In this document: piece by piece, positions 1-12,000 of the stretch
How positions within the stretch are numbered: the stretch's first letter is position 1
Layout of the letters: the number at the start of each line of letters is the position of its first letter
NCBI RefSeq assembly: GCF_964204865.1
Contig: NC_135254.1
Location: 10,230,001-10,294,000, forward strand
Length of the DNA: 64,000 nt
Reading direction: 5' to 3'
Source of the DNA: Styela clava
Lineage: Eukaryota
Notes under the pieces: generated by a model
Database searches by the model: none
What the model saw: only the letters and a program-made list of their open reading frames with translations
What the model was told of the DNA's origin: nothing
Position numbers and translations under genes: made by a program

Positions 1-56
1 GGCAGACACTAAGTTTAAAAACACATCTTTATCAAAATTGAATTATTTGAATTCAG

Positions 57-3000
57 ATGGAAGGATTCAAAGGAAGTATGCATTTTGGAATAATGGTTTT
101 TGCATCAGAAAACGTCACGGCTTTAGATATTTCTGAAAGTGAAACTAGACCAAAAAGTACAAAGCAGATATTAAAAAAATTAGACCAAGTCTACGTAGAA
201 GGTACTTATTATCGATATCATTCTTTTTTGTTGGTGATGATGAATCGATTAGAACTATACAACTTTGTTTGTGAGTTATTTGTAACTAAAATATTCCAAT
301 GCATTGGCAATTTTGACTAGATCTGTTTGACGCGGATTCTGTCCAGTTGCATGAAACTAGTCCAAAAGAGGTATAACAAAACTCTCCAGTATAATAAAAT
401 TTAATATATAAAACTTTCAGCTGCTAGCGAAATCTACAAAAAAAAAACACGATCCGGAACAGCAACCGCTTATGCTTTGGGGCAACTCAAAAAAATGATT
501 GCGTGGATGAATATTCAAGAAGGAAACGATAAAAATAAAAGACATATCTTCCTTTTCACCGACGGTAAAGTAATAAAATTATAGGACATAATGCTAGTAG
601 ATTATTTCTTTGTTTAAGTTTTCATGCGAAAAGATTGAAAAGTTAAGTCGAAGCTTTTCTCGAAGCTCAAAATGAGGCAAGGCAATCGTAAAACATAGAC
701 TGCGTAAATTGACCTTAAAGAAACTCATAAATTATCAGATTAAATCTCAGGGGGCAATATATTTTGTGACTTTTGTCAATTTAAAAAATACTATTTGTGA
801 TTTAACGATGATACTAATTTGAAATAAATGCATGCATGTATATGATAATTTTTGCATCTTTAGGAAAACACACAGAAGGAATTGATCCCATCAAAATAAG
901 AAAACAAATAGAAGCTCAATTCAGACCAAATATTGAAGTATGCAATATTTAGTAATTGTTTCGCTAATTCTAATATAGTTTGCAATATTTCTACAATATT
1001 CAGTGTAACCTTACAGCACTGCATTTATCCTATTGAAAGACTTTTCAGAAAAAAAACTTTTATAGATTAAAATTATTTGAATACAATTGCCTATTACTGC
1101 CACGCATACAACTTAAGGCTTCTTTTAATAAAATAACGTTACGAAATACTAGTACAGTAATACCAGGGTAGTCGATCTTGAAATGAATGTGATCGAGAAT
1201 ACGTTCAATTTTATTTCTCGGCATGTTCAAACTTTCTCCACAATTTTCATTTAATATTCTGATAAATAACAAGTCAAACCGTTAGAAAAATACCCGTTTG
1301 TTTGTTAAGTTTTACAGCATAACAGCTTGTAAGGATTGTCACGAAAGTGACAGTCAAAAAGAGTTGGTTGGACTGGCATCAGATGGAAAAAATGGAAAAA
1401 ACTATATTTATATAGAGGATTTTTATAAACTTTCGACTTACCTTGATGAAGTTACCGACGTAAAATTGGGTAAGAACTAAATTATTGGTATAGCCAGTAA
1501 GGTATACTCGGAAAATGAACTAAAATGAGAAATTTTTCAAAACTCGCAAAGCTATATGGTGTAACCCAAAACAATCAAGTTAATTCAGAAGGTTTTATTG
1601 TAATAAAATTTTGTGCATCAACTCACACAATTATCGCGATGAATTCTGTGATTAAATTTCATTGGTTGATAGGATGAATAAATTTTGTCTGCTTATGTTA
1701 TGAAAATATTTGCTGTCAAATTCTAGTTATCAAGGTTGTACTAAAATGAAATAAAATTGTTCCGAGCAAGTAACCTCTGTTACTATACAACTTATAATCG
1801 ACCACATAAACTTTCATAAATTTACAGACTTTGCAGAATGCGGACAAGCTGGTAATGTTGGAAGCATAAAAGATCAAGCTAGCTTAGGTAGATCAACTGG
1901 CGGAGAGGACGCGGCAGAAAATGCTTGGCCGTGGCAGGCTTTAATTACCAGAAAATCACAAACTCCGGAAAAGGTAAAACACAAAGTTATTTTTACAGGA
2001 AATACTGCAAATTAGATTAAAATATATTAAAAAAAGTTGTAGCAATATTATCACCAGAATTCCCGACATATAATATATATTTCATTAGCTGTACTTTCTT
2101 ACACGTTCAACATGCTATTGGGAATAAAAGAAAACGTTTTCCAAAGTGTGATTGGATGGTAACCTGAAGCATGTTGCGAATAAAAATTGTTAGTAAAATT
2201 GTAATAATCCATATTATATAAGTTTGTATATATTTCACATTTCTCCTTTTGGCATAGTTTTACGTCGCCCACAGTAACACGTGTATGAAAGCTTCAATTG
2301 ATGTCCTGCCTTTTGCAAACTGACAGCAGTCAGATACGAGCCGAGGAAATAAGTTCCTTTCCTTCATTAACATAGCCTTTTTCTTGTTATTTTAAACCTA
2401 CATTTGCTTTGGCGTTCATTCTTCTTTAGTTACGATTTTGATTTAAAGCACTACTTGATTAGGTTGCAATTTAAACCTTGGGCCAAGCGCAGTCGTTCAA
2501 GTATTGGTCTAGCGAATGAGACCTCAAATATGATAGAATTGTGCACTTTTGGATGCAAGCATGAAACTTGGCACACATGTACAGTAGCATCTTCTGATTA
2601 ATTTTGGATATGATACCATTCAAAAAAATACCTCGTTGCCATGGAAACGAGGCACTATCCGTATTGCTATCCAAGGGTAAGAAACATTACTTTAGGAAAG
2701 GATATTTCTAAGATAAGTAAACCGATGTGTATTCAAGAAGTAAGGAATATGATAAAAAGTGCATTTTGACAATTGCCCTTGATAACAAAATACCTGGTTA
2801 CCAAGGAAACGAGTTATCGTTATCGACCAAACACGATTATTAGTCGCACAACCTGAACGCTAACCGGAACACGAATACTACGTCCATGTTGTCCGCCACC
2901 TTGGTGCACATACTCCTGGAGTTCCCCCATCCCTACTGTTTAATGTATATTATAATATATCAACTATATTATAGTTGATCAACATTATATCCCAGCCAAA

Positions 3001-6000
3001 CTACGCTTGGAAAAATTACCGTGTTTTCACGCATCGACTGCACCGAATTAGCAATAAATTTCCATAATCAATTGTAAATCCTTTGTTTATTGAAGAAACA
3101 AATTGGTACTGATTTCACCTCGCTTGTTACAAACTTGGCTTTGTTTTGGAGCAATTCCTATTGTGTTCGACACGAGCGAGAAGTATTCATATTATTGTCA
3201 TGAATCACAAATTAAGCTACAATCACTTTCAAAATTTAATTCCTTTTGTGCTCAACTGCCATTGCCAATGGTATATTTTTAAACGCATAGCCACATAGGG
3301 CTGGTGAAAATATAAAATAGGTATATATCTCATAACTGACGGATTATTGCTATCTTGAAGCTATCATATCGTCATCATATATATTAATAAATGTAAATTC
3401 CTTCTCACAACTCTGGCAGGAAGTATCTCAGCCAGATAGGATAGGATTTACATATTTATCCCGGGGGAGAGGAAAGCCGATAAGACGGCTTATCTATATG
3501 GCGAACCACGGCCTCTCGTCCGGTTACCATTCCAAGTCGGGTATGGGATTAGTTTTACTGTATTGTTTGTTTTCGGAAGCATGGACTTGGTGGTGGAGGA
3601 AGCCGTAACCGACCAGCGGTTACGTGAACCACCCAACGACTGCGAGGAGTCCAGCAATCCTCTCGCACATAACCATCCCTGCATGGGATTCGAACCTGCG
3701 AACCCACGCAGAGTAATTAGAGGTGCGGTGGCGAGCGTATTCCTAACGCTTAGCCCGTCAGATAATCTGTGGAAGACGGAAAACTTGCATTACATTTCCG
3801 CTCAAACTCGGCTAAAATCATTGATTCTAGTAATCTAGATCTAACGTCGCGTTATGTAATTGCTACAATAAAAAATAAATAGAAAAACGATTGACATAAT
3901 TATATTTTCCAAAAATATATTCCACAAAGAATCCCCAATAACTATTGGGGGCAATCTTACTATATGAATATATATTTCAAAGAAAGCACTTATATTGCAT
4001 GAAATATATTGCCTAATTAAATTCGATTCTTGAAACAAACTTTTCGGTACATTCTACTCTTTCATATATTGCCGTTGGCTATCTGTGTCGTATGAAAATA
4101 GTTAATATCTATATTGCCCTTCTAATAATCAGAATTCAATTAACAATAAACATTAATACTAATTTCCTCTCGAAAATCATGTGCACTAAGCTCAAACAAA
4201 CTTCAATATTTTCACTACATTTTATAGGACTGCAATTCTATTGAATTCCAGGCAACATACTGTTCTATATCTGTCACAATGATTATAATCGCGGTGCTCA
4301 GGAAATGTGTTTTCGACATTGTTATTTAACGGTAATAAGTTCGCCGATCGATATAATAAATAGCGGTTTAAGACCTTAATATGTATAGAATAATATTATG
4401 TGTACAAGGATTGATATTAGATTATGGGAATCAGTTTTTATGGCTTATATCTTGACAAGTTGGTGGACAGAAATAAGAAAAGGGAAATGTTTTCTACTCG
4501 GCGTAGTTTATCCTACCCCTGCAGGTGTGGGAAATCACTTTCCTGAGGGGGTCCAGTTACAGATAATAGACTTAGTTAGTGAGCAATAAAGTGAAGTGAG
4601 CTTTATAACCGTAACTGCTGCCCTGATTTTAAGCTCTTGTGTCGACAATTGTTGGCGAAAGTCTTATATAAGTTTTTTTTTTTCAAAAATAAGGTCTCGT
4701 AATGTTATATTCTTCGAACACCGGAAACCCTTCCTTACAAATTAAGCAGGCAGTTGAATATTGTCTTTAAAAAATACGTCACTCCATTTCTTGTTAAAAA
4801 ACGTCATTAGGAATCCAAATTGCGTTTCCCACTCATACTGATGGATTTGTTACAGTGGCTGGCAAATTACGGCAGCTGCGGAGAGAATGTTGGTAGAAAA
4901 ATAAGTCCAAACCCAGACTAAGGTTTATATAATAAATAGCATAATGTAGCTTTCGGGTAATCTTGGATGAGTTTTAGGTATATGTGGCTGGTTTACCACA
5001 TTATTTACAGGTGCAGATAATACATGCCTATATCTTAGCCGAAGACTCGTTAGTTTCAACGCAAATGTATATCCATAAGAACTATGTATATTGTAGTCGT
5101 AAATTCTACAGGCACAAGTGGGCCGGATGGAATACTTCGGCGAGCTGGATCCTGCCCGCGGGCTGTATCTTAGTGGTTCTTAAATCAATCAGACTTCAAT
5201 AATCAATTATTGGAAACGAAGTGTACATATGAATCGTTTTGTTATTATTTTGTTCTTGCACCAAGGTGGCGCACAACATGAACATACTATTTGTGTTCCG
5301 GTTAGGGTTCAGGTTGTGCGACTAATAATCGTGTTTGGTCGATAACGATACCTCGTTTCCATGGTAACTAGGTATTTTGCTATCAAGGGAAATTGTCAAA
5401 ATGCACTTCTGATCATATTCTTCACTTCTTATATACACACCGAGTTACTTATCTTGAAAATATCCTTTCCTAAAGTAATGTTTCTTTCACTTTAATAGCT
5501 ATACGGATGATGCCTCGTTTCCATGGCAACGGGGTATTTTCTTGAATGGCACCATATTCAAAATTGATCAGGGGATGCTACTGTACATGTGTGCCAAGTT
5601 TCATATGCTTGCATCCAAAAGTGCATGATTTTACCTCTTATCAGCTGGACTATATATGGTTCGCTTTGTTTGAACCTAATTTTGTGGTTCGACATCGGAG
5701 GATTATCAGGTTAACATAAATTATTTAACGATTGCAACGAGTTGTATAAGAAGATAGTATAAGAAAATACACTTTAATTTTAGAGTTTAGCGAAGAGCAA
5801 CTTGTTGGGTGGAGCTTCGATTTTGAATGAAAAGTGGATATTAACGGCAGCTCACGTACTTGCTGACGAATCTATGGATCATGGCTGGTTGGAGAATTAT
5901 GTGATATTTGTGGGTAGGATATTTTATTCGTAACTTCACGTGTTTTGCACGCTGCTGCTCTGACCCAAAATCAAACCAATTAGTTTATGAAAACAAAGTA

Positions 6001-9000
6001 ATAATAGTTAGCACAATCAAACTTTTAATATAATACATGCATCTAAAGCGGCAAAATGACATAATGATGCCTATTGTTAATACACGCAATATTTATGCTA
6101 TTGAATACTAAGAAAACAAGACACTATCGAATAAATTTATTAACAAGATATTTTATATATACATATTCATACGAATATTCATGTCCTGTCTCACTTGTAC
6201 CACATGTTCCAGTCTCCCACTTTTCCCATGAGTCCTACTTTCCATCGTGTCTCACGTGTCCCACTTTTTCCACATGCCCCACTTAACTCATTTACGCCCC
6301 AATTGTCTCTCGTTCCCCACTTGTCTGGCGTATTTCACTTGCACTACGTGCCCCGCCTATCAATATCAGCCACATCTGCCATTTCTGTGATATCGATAAT
6401 TGTATGGGTATCGACTAAAAATAGACCGATGTTTCAGATATATTCTGGTATTTGATCTGATTTAAAATGATTTGAAAGATTTTTGAATTTACTTTTGAAT
6501 TTTACTTTACTTTTTTGAATTTTGAACTTACTACTGTTTTTAACTTCAAGTTAACACCAAATGTACTTACCTATTTATAACTACAATTCTAAAGCCTGCG
6601 CAGATCGGACACCGCGATTTTTTTTCCGCCTATGCGCAACAAAACGTCTGCAGAAATTACCATAAATTGTTAAAAAAAAGCGTTGAGGCGCAACTTTGCA
6701 ATGGTTAAGTCTTTAATGCATGTATCCGCATTCAAATTTTAACATTCTTGGGTCAAGTAAGACACGTGAAGCCAGTGAGGCAATTGGACCAATTGGAACG
6801 TGTATTGAAAGTGTGACACGACATTTGGACAGGTGAGACACGTGGAACAAGTGTGACGAAATTTTCGAGAACGTTAAGTTATTTCAATGAAGGATTGTCG
6901 GTTAGCAGCCCGTATACAAACCATGTAAGACCATCGTATTTGAGCATTTCTTTGTTGTGGTTATTGCGATTCGACATCGTCCCTTCGTTCAGAGATGATA
7001 GGTTCTTCCATCTTAATATTAGCTTCGGTTTCGTAGGTTGCCATTCAGAATCTACCCTTTTTATTCAATAATATTCAAAATTGGGAAATAATAATTGTTT
7101 AGGAATATTTAGTCGACCTACCATCAGAGGAGAAAAAATAAGATCTAGCATCAAAATGTTTTCATTCGGAGACTACATTGCCCACGAGGAATATTCAAAT
7201 GAATGGGGTAATAATTTCGAACACGACATTGCGTTGGTAAGAGTTTAAATTCTTTACAGAGAAATTGTGGAATCATTCTGTAGCGAATATTCTCGAAGCA
7301 ATGAATGAATTCTAATTAATTAAAAAATATATTATAAGTTTCGTGGAAACGAAAATATAACTGCCTTCCAGAAATCATAACACTTAACATCCCAAATTTG
7401 TATGAAATGTCTTCAAAGTAGGCGTTTATTCTATAATTCTGTCCAAATGTTGTTATTAAAACCTAAGTATGTTAAGCAGAATCTTAACCCCTATGGCGCG
7501 TTCTATCATTCAAAATATTTTACATTTTAGATAAAAATTGGAGCCGAGTTTGATCCACTAATGCAGGCCATTGGTGTTGATAAATTAACATTTGGATACT
7601 ACATTCGTCCAATATGTCTACCTTGCACTGGAACATGCTTGAAGGAAAAGCAATTGGTGGATGAAAAAGGAATATCATTGATAAACGAAGAAATGAACGA
7701 AGAACAAATATGTTTGAAAGAAGGTTTGTCAATTTAATTTACGAAGTAGTAAAAGTTGTTTTTCAAGTAACCATATCCAATTGAAGACTCATCAATAAGC
7801 GAATGAATGCTGCTGTTACCACGAGAACCTAAGTCCTAAAGTCTAAACTCTAAACCATAGCTTATTCAGAAAATATGTAAAACGAAATAACACCTAAATT
7901 CCCTATCGGAATCGTAGATATGATTAATATAATATTAAGTTTTGAACGGAAATACTTCAATTTGTGTTATTGAACACGTTGTGGACATAGCGATCGTTTT
8001 AATATTATGTTGTTGTTTTTGTTATCATTATTGGACACGTAGTGGACATAACGATCGTTTCAATATTATGTTGTTGTTGTTCTTGTTCTTTGACACGTTT
8101 TTAAAAAGTCGCTTTTCTCTTCGAATACTGGACCAATTGCTTTGAAATTTTCAGTGGTTAAAGATAAACATTTTCTCCAGAAGGCTATTACTTTTTTTTC
8201 GCTATGACGTCATCAAAATTATGTGACTCTACGTGTCCATATATTTGAGCATAGCTCTCTTGTTATTCTTCTTCTCCTTCGTCATACCCTTTGGACACCT
8301 AGTGGAAAATCTAAAAAGTCGCTTTTCTCTTTGGAAACTCGACCAATTGCTTTAAAATTTTTAGTGGGTAAAGATGAAATTTTTCTTCAGAAGGCTATTA
8401 CTTTTATTTATTTCAAATATTTCTGTTAGCTATGTGACATTTGTTTTTGTTTGCTATGACGTCACTGAACATTCTGCGGACATCGGACGTCATTTTGTGT
8501 CCGACTGTACTGCTTCGCTTGGTGTGAATATATTTGAAGACTGTGGTATCTGCTGTTATAATATCGTGATAAATCGAATAAGTTGATTTTGCAAATAAGA
8601 ACCGTGTTTTTGTCTGTTTGATTGCTGTGATGTGCTGCTTTGTTTATAATTTGACGAGTTTTGTTTGCAATAACCGTGTTCTTAAAACATCATGGTCATA
8701 AATGCAATTAGAAGCCCAGATAGAGAAGTTCTGGTACCGTAGCACAGCGCGGTGACACTGAACTAACTCGTAGCTGTCAAAAGCTTGAAAATCCATACAG
8801 ATATAGGAGATAAAAAGAAGAAACTTGGCACGTGGGTAGAGTTGTGTTTCTTTTAACCATCTTTGAAAGTTTCGCGTTTCTACATTCAATGGAGGGGGAA
8901 TAGGGGGATGCGCATTTCCAACACGTCGATAATATCTTTGTCAACCAATTTGCGACCACCGTGTTTTTGTCTGTTTGATTGCTGTGATGTGGTGCTTTGT

Positions 9001-12000
9001 TTATAATTTGACGAGTTTTGTTTGAAATACCCGTGTTCTTAAAATATATGACGGTTAGAAATGCAATTAGAAGCCCAATGTTTTTAAAGATAGAGAAGTT
9101 CTGGTACCGCAACACAGCGCGGTGATAATGAACTAACTCGTATCTGTCAAAAGCTTGAAAATCCATACAAATATAAGAGATAAAAAGATAAAACTTGGCA
9201 GGTGAGTAGAGTTGTGATATTTAACCATCTTTGAAGGTCTCGCGTTTTTACATTTAAAGGAGGGGGAATAGGGGGGAGCGCATTTCCAATACGTCGATAC
9301 TATCTTTGTCAACCAATTTGCGACCACTGTGTTTTTGTCTGTTTGATTGCTGTGATGGGGTGCTTTGTTTATACAGTCACCGCACATGATTTTTGGAGAA
9401 TTGTTCTGCGTGTTCATATATTTGAGCATTGCTCTCTTGTTTAATAGAGGAACTCTTACTTGCCAATGACGCAAAAGTTGTCGTAACCGGATTTGGACAC
9501 TTGAATATCAGCATAAACCCTGTAACTCAAGGTACATTTAATCCGCCAAGGAATCTTCGACAAGGTTTACTACAGATTGAAGAAAAACACATGTAAGTTG
9601 TACAATTAAAAAAAACAAAACTGCCGACACAACGAAATACTTATTCGATAATGATATTGGAAGAACTTGGAAATTTTGCATTTTTATATTACTATCTATG
9701 TCCAATATGCTTGAGCTGTGGGTGGTAAATTTTATGAAAACTTTGAGATTAATAAAATTGTAAATTGATCATTTTCGAAATGGCATCTTTGATATGTACA
9801 CACACACATTGCATCAGTAAATCGGACCAAAGATTTGATTCGAAATTGCTGCCATGATCTATGTGATTGTAATAAGAAAGTTATTCAGATAAAATAGCAT
9901 TTTATATCGTCGGTAAATTAGAGTTTCCGAGTTATTTTTTGTTATATCGTCTCAGAGAAAACAGTATTACTTTTAATGAGCGCCTCATTACCAACCAATA
10001 ATATTGATCAATTAATATTCCTGTGGGGAAGATTATCAATAATATTTCCACGGGTAGTCGCTTAAATATTAATGAAAAGTGTTTTTCTTTACAAAATTTA
10101 ACCAAAGCCGACTATAGTTTATAGCAGTTGAAAAATATTGGTTTATTATTTAGCTTTTTTCATGTATTCTCTACATGCAAATACAACCAATAGACCTTAT
10201 TCATTAAAAACCCATCCTACGCGCAAAAAGAAAAGTGATGCAAATAATTTTTTTTTAACATTAGCTCTTATGGGGAATGTGATCACCAGAGCAGAAATTT
10301 GCATTTTTTGTAATTTTCTAGGTATCTTTCATTGTATACGAGAGCAGTTTTGAAGCTAGAATATTTTTTACATCTTTTTCGATATTTTTATCATGATAAT
10401 AAACATGGTCAAGATTTTTGATAATCGTTCATTGAAATTTTAATGAGCGCGGTGTTTCCGATGACGTCATTCTCACTAGACCATGAGATTCTGCCAACGC
10501 GTCGTGCTCTGTGGGATATGCGCTCTAACTGCATGTGATAACAGGATACTGGAATACCGGTACTGGGACCACAACTGGCGTTCAACGAAAGACCTATTTT
10601 GGTTTTTATTGGATGTTATATATTTCATGAATTCCATGTAACTATGTACATTTCTGGTACACCTTTCAAAATCCAATGGCCTAACTCAGTTCATATGTTG
10701 ACACCATGTACCTATCCCAAAATTGGTGATCTTCAGGGCTGGATTTAGACCATGAGAGTGTGAGGGGACATGGGGCCATCCATGAGTGTGAATTTTTAAT
10801 TAAAAGAATAAAAATTTACTTTAGGCAGTTTTGCTTTCAATTTCTTTGATCAAACAACCGCTACAGCCATACTTTAACACAGAAACTTCCAGCAGAATGC
10901 GCGTAATATTAATTTCCCTTGTTATGATGCAAACGACGCAATAATGGCTGTTTACAATGTGGTTGAAACCCGTTGTGTACAGAATTTACTACTCTGAAAA
11001 GATTGATATATATATATACTTTTCGTAGGGTTCAAACTTGTCAAGTTTTCAAAAGAATTACAAACTTCGAAACCGAATTTCGAGGCTCTAGGTGTCAGCC
11101 TGCCTAGCCTATTGGTAAATCCAGCCCTGGTGACTACAGCAAATTTCTGGCCCTAATCACTCAGCAGATTGAAATAAATGGTTTTCAGCATTTATTAGCG
11201 AAGATAGATATTTTAATTAAACATATAGTTCAACTTAAAGCCTGTATAATGATATTATAAATATATGTCCCATTATTACTGCATTGTGAGAAGGCTTTCC
11301 ACACTATCAAGTCTATAAGGTTTTAGCGTCTTCCAATGTCTCAGATGGAAACATTAGTCTTCATTTCGCATATTCTTCTCATTAATGCCAATAGCATTGG
11401 AAGCTTGACTGATTCCAATGTACCTTTTCCATTGTTGTTTAATGTAATATCCTAAACGTGACTTCGAATTTTTTTCTCAATTCAATCATCATATGTTTGA
11501 ATACCCGAGCTGACTTCTACTGATTTGTTAATAATTTACAATTTTTTTTATAAATTAACTGTCGTACTTGCCAAGTGTCCACTAAGTGAAAATCTACAAA
11601 AAAAAAAAACAGTGGTTTAATAATGGACTACATTTTTAACCGAATCCAAAAATGTTCCGTAACTCAGTCAACCCTTCCTCCAAGGAGTTTTTGTTAAATT
11701 GTTCAAACATCTTAATTAACTGTTAATCTTGATAGCGAACATGGGGAGCAGGGGGGAGCTGACTGTGATGGTCGTATCGCTCCCCAGTCTATACCGAATA
11801 ACTGTGTGTTTTGTATATAATTTTTATTGATACAATGCTTGTATTCTAGTTGACAAAATGAATCTCTCTCTCGTATTCAGTCATGTTTTTAACTTAGTTA
11901 GGAGAGCGGTATTGTACAATTATAGATTGGAGATATTCATCTTCTTTGTATACCGGTACCGTACAACTCATCCTGCCCATTGGCAGGATGGCCAACATTT

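Noticed and set aside
3670-3757. tRNA gene
   Set aside because: It has a B-box but no convincing cloverleaf, continues into a SINE body and simple-repeat tail, and has a second decayed copy.
8644-9474. Minus-strand ORFs of 81-129 aa with repeated peptide blocks
   Set aside because: They are translations of the ~360-bp tandem repeat inside an intronic transposon, with no protein motifs.
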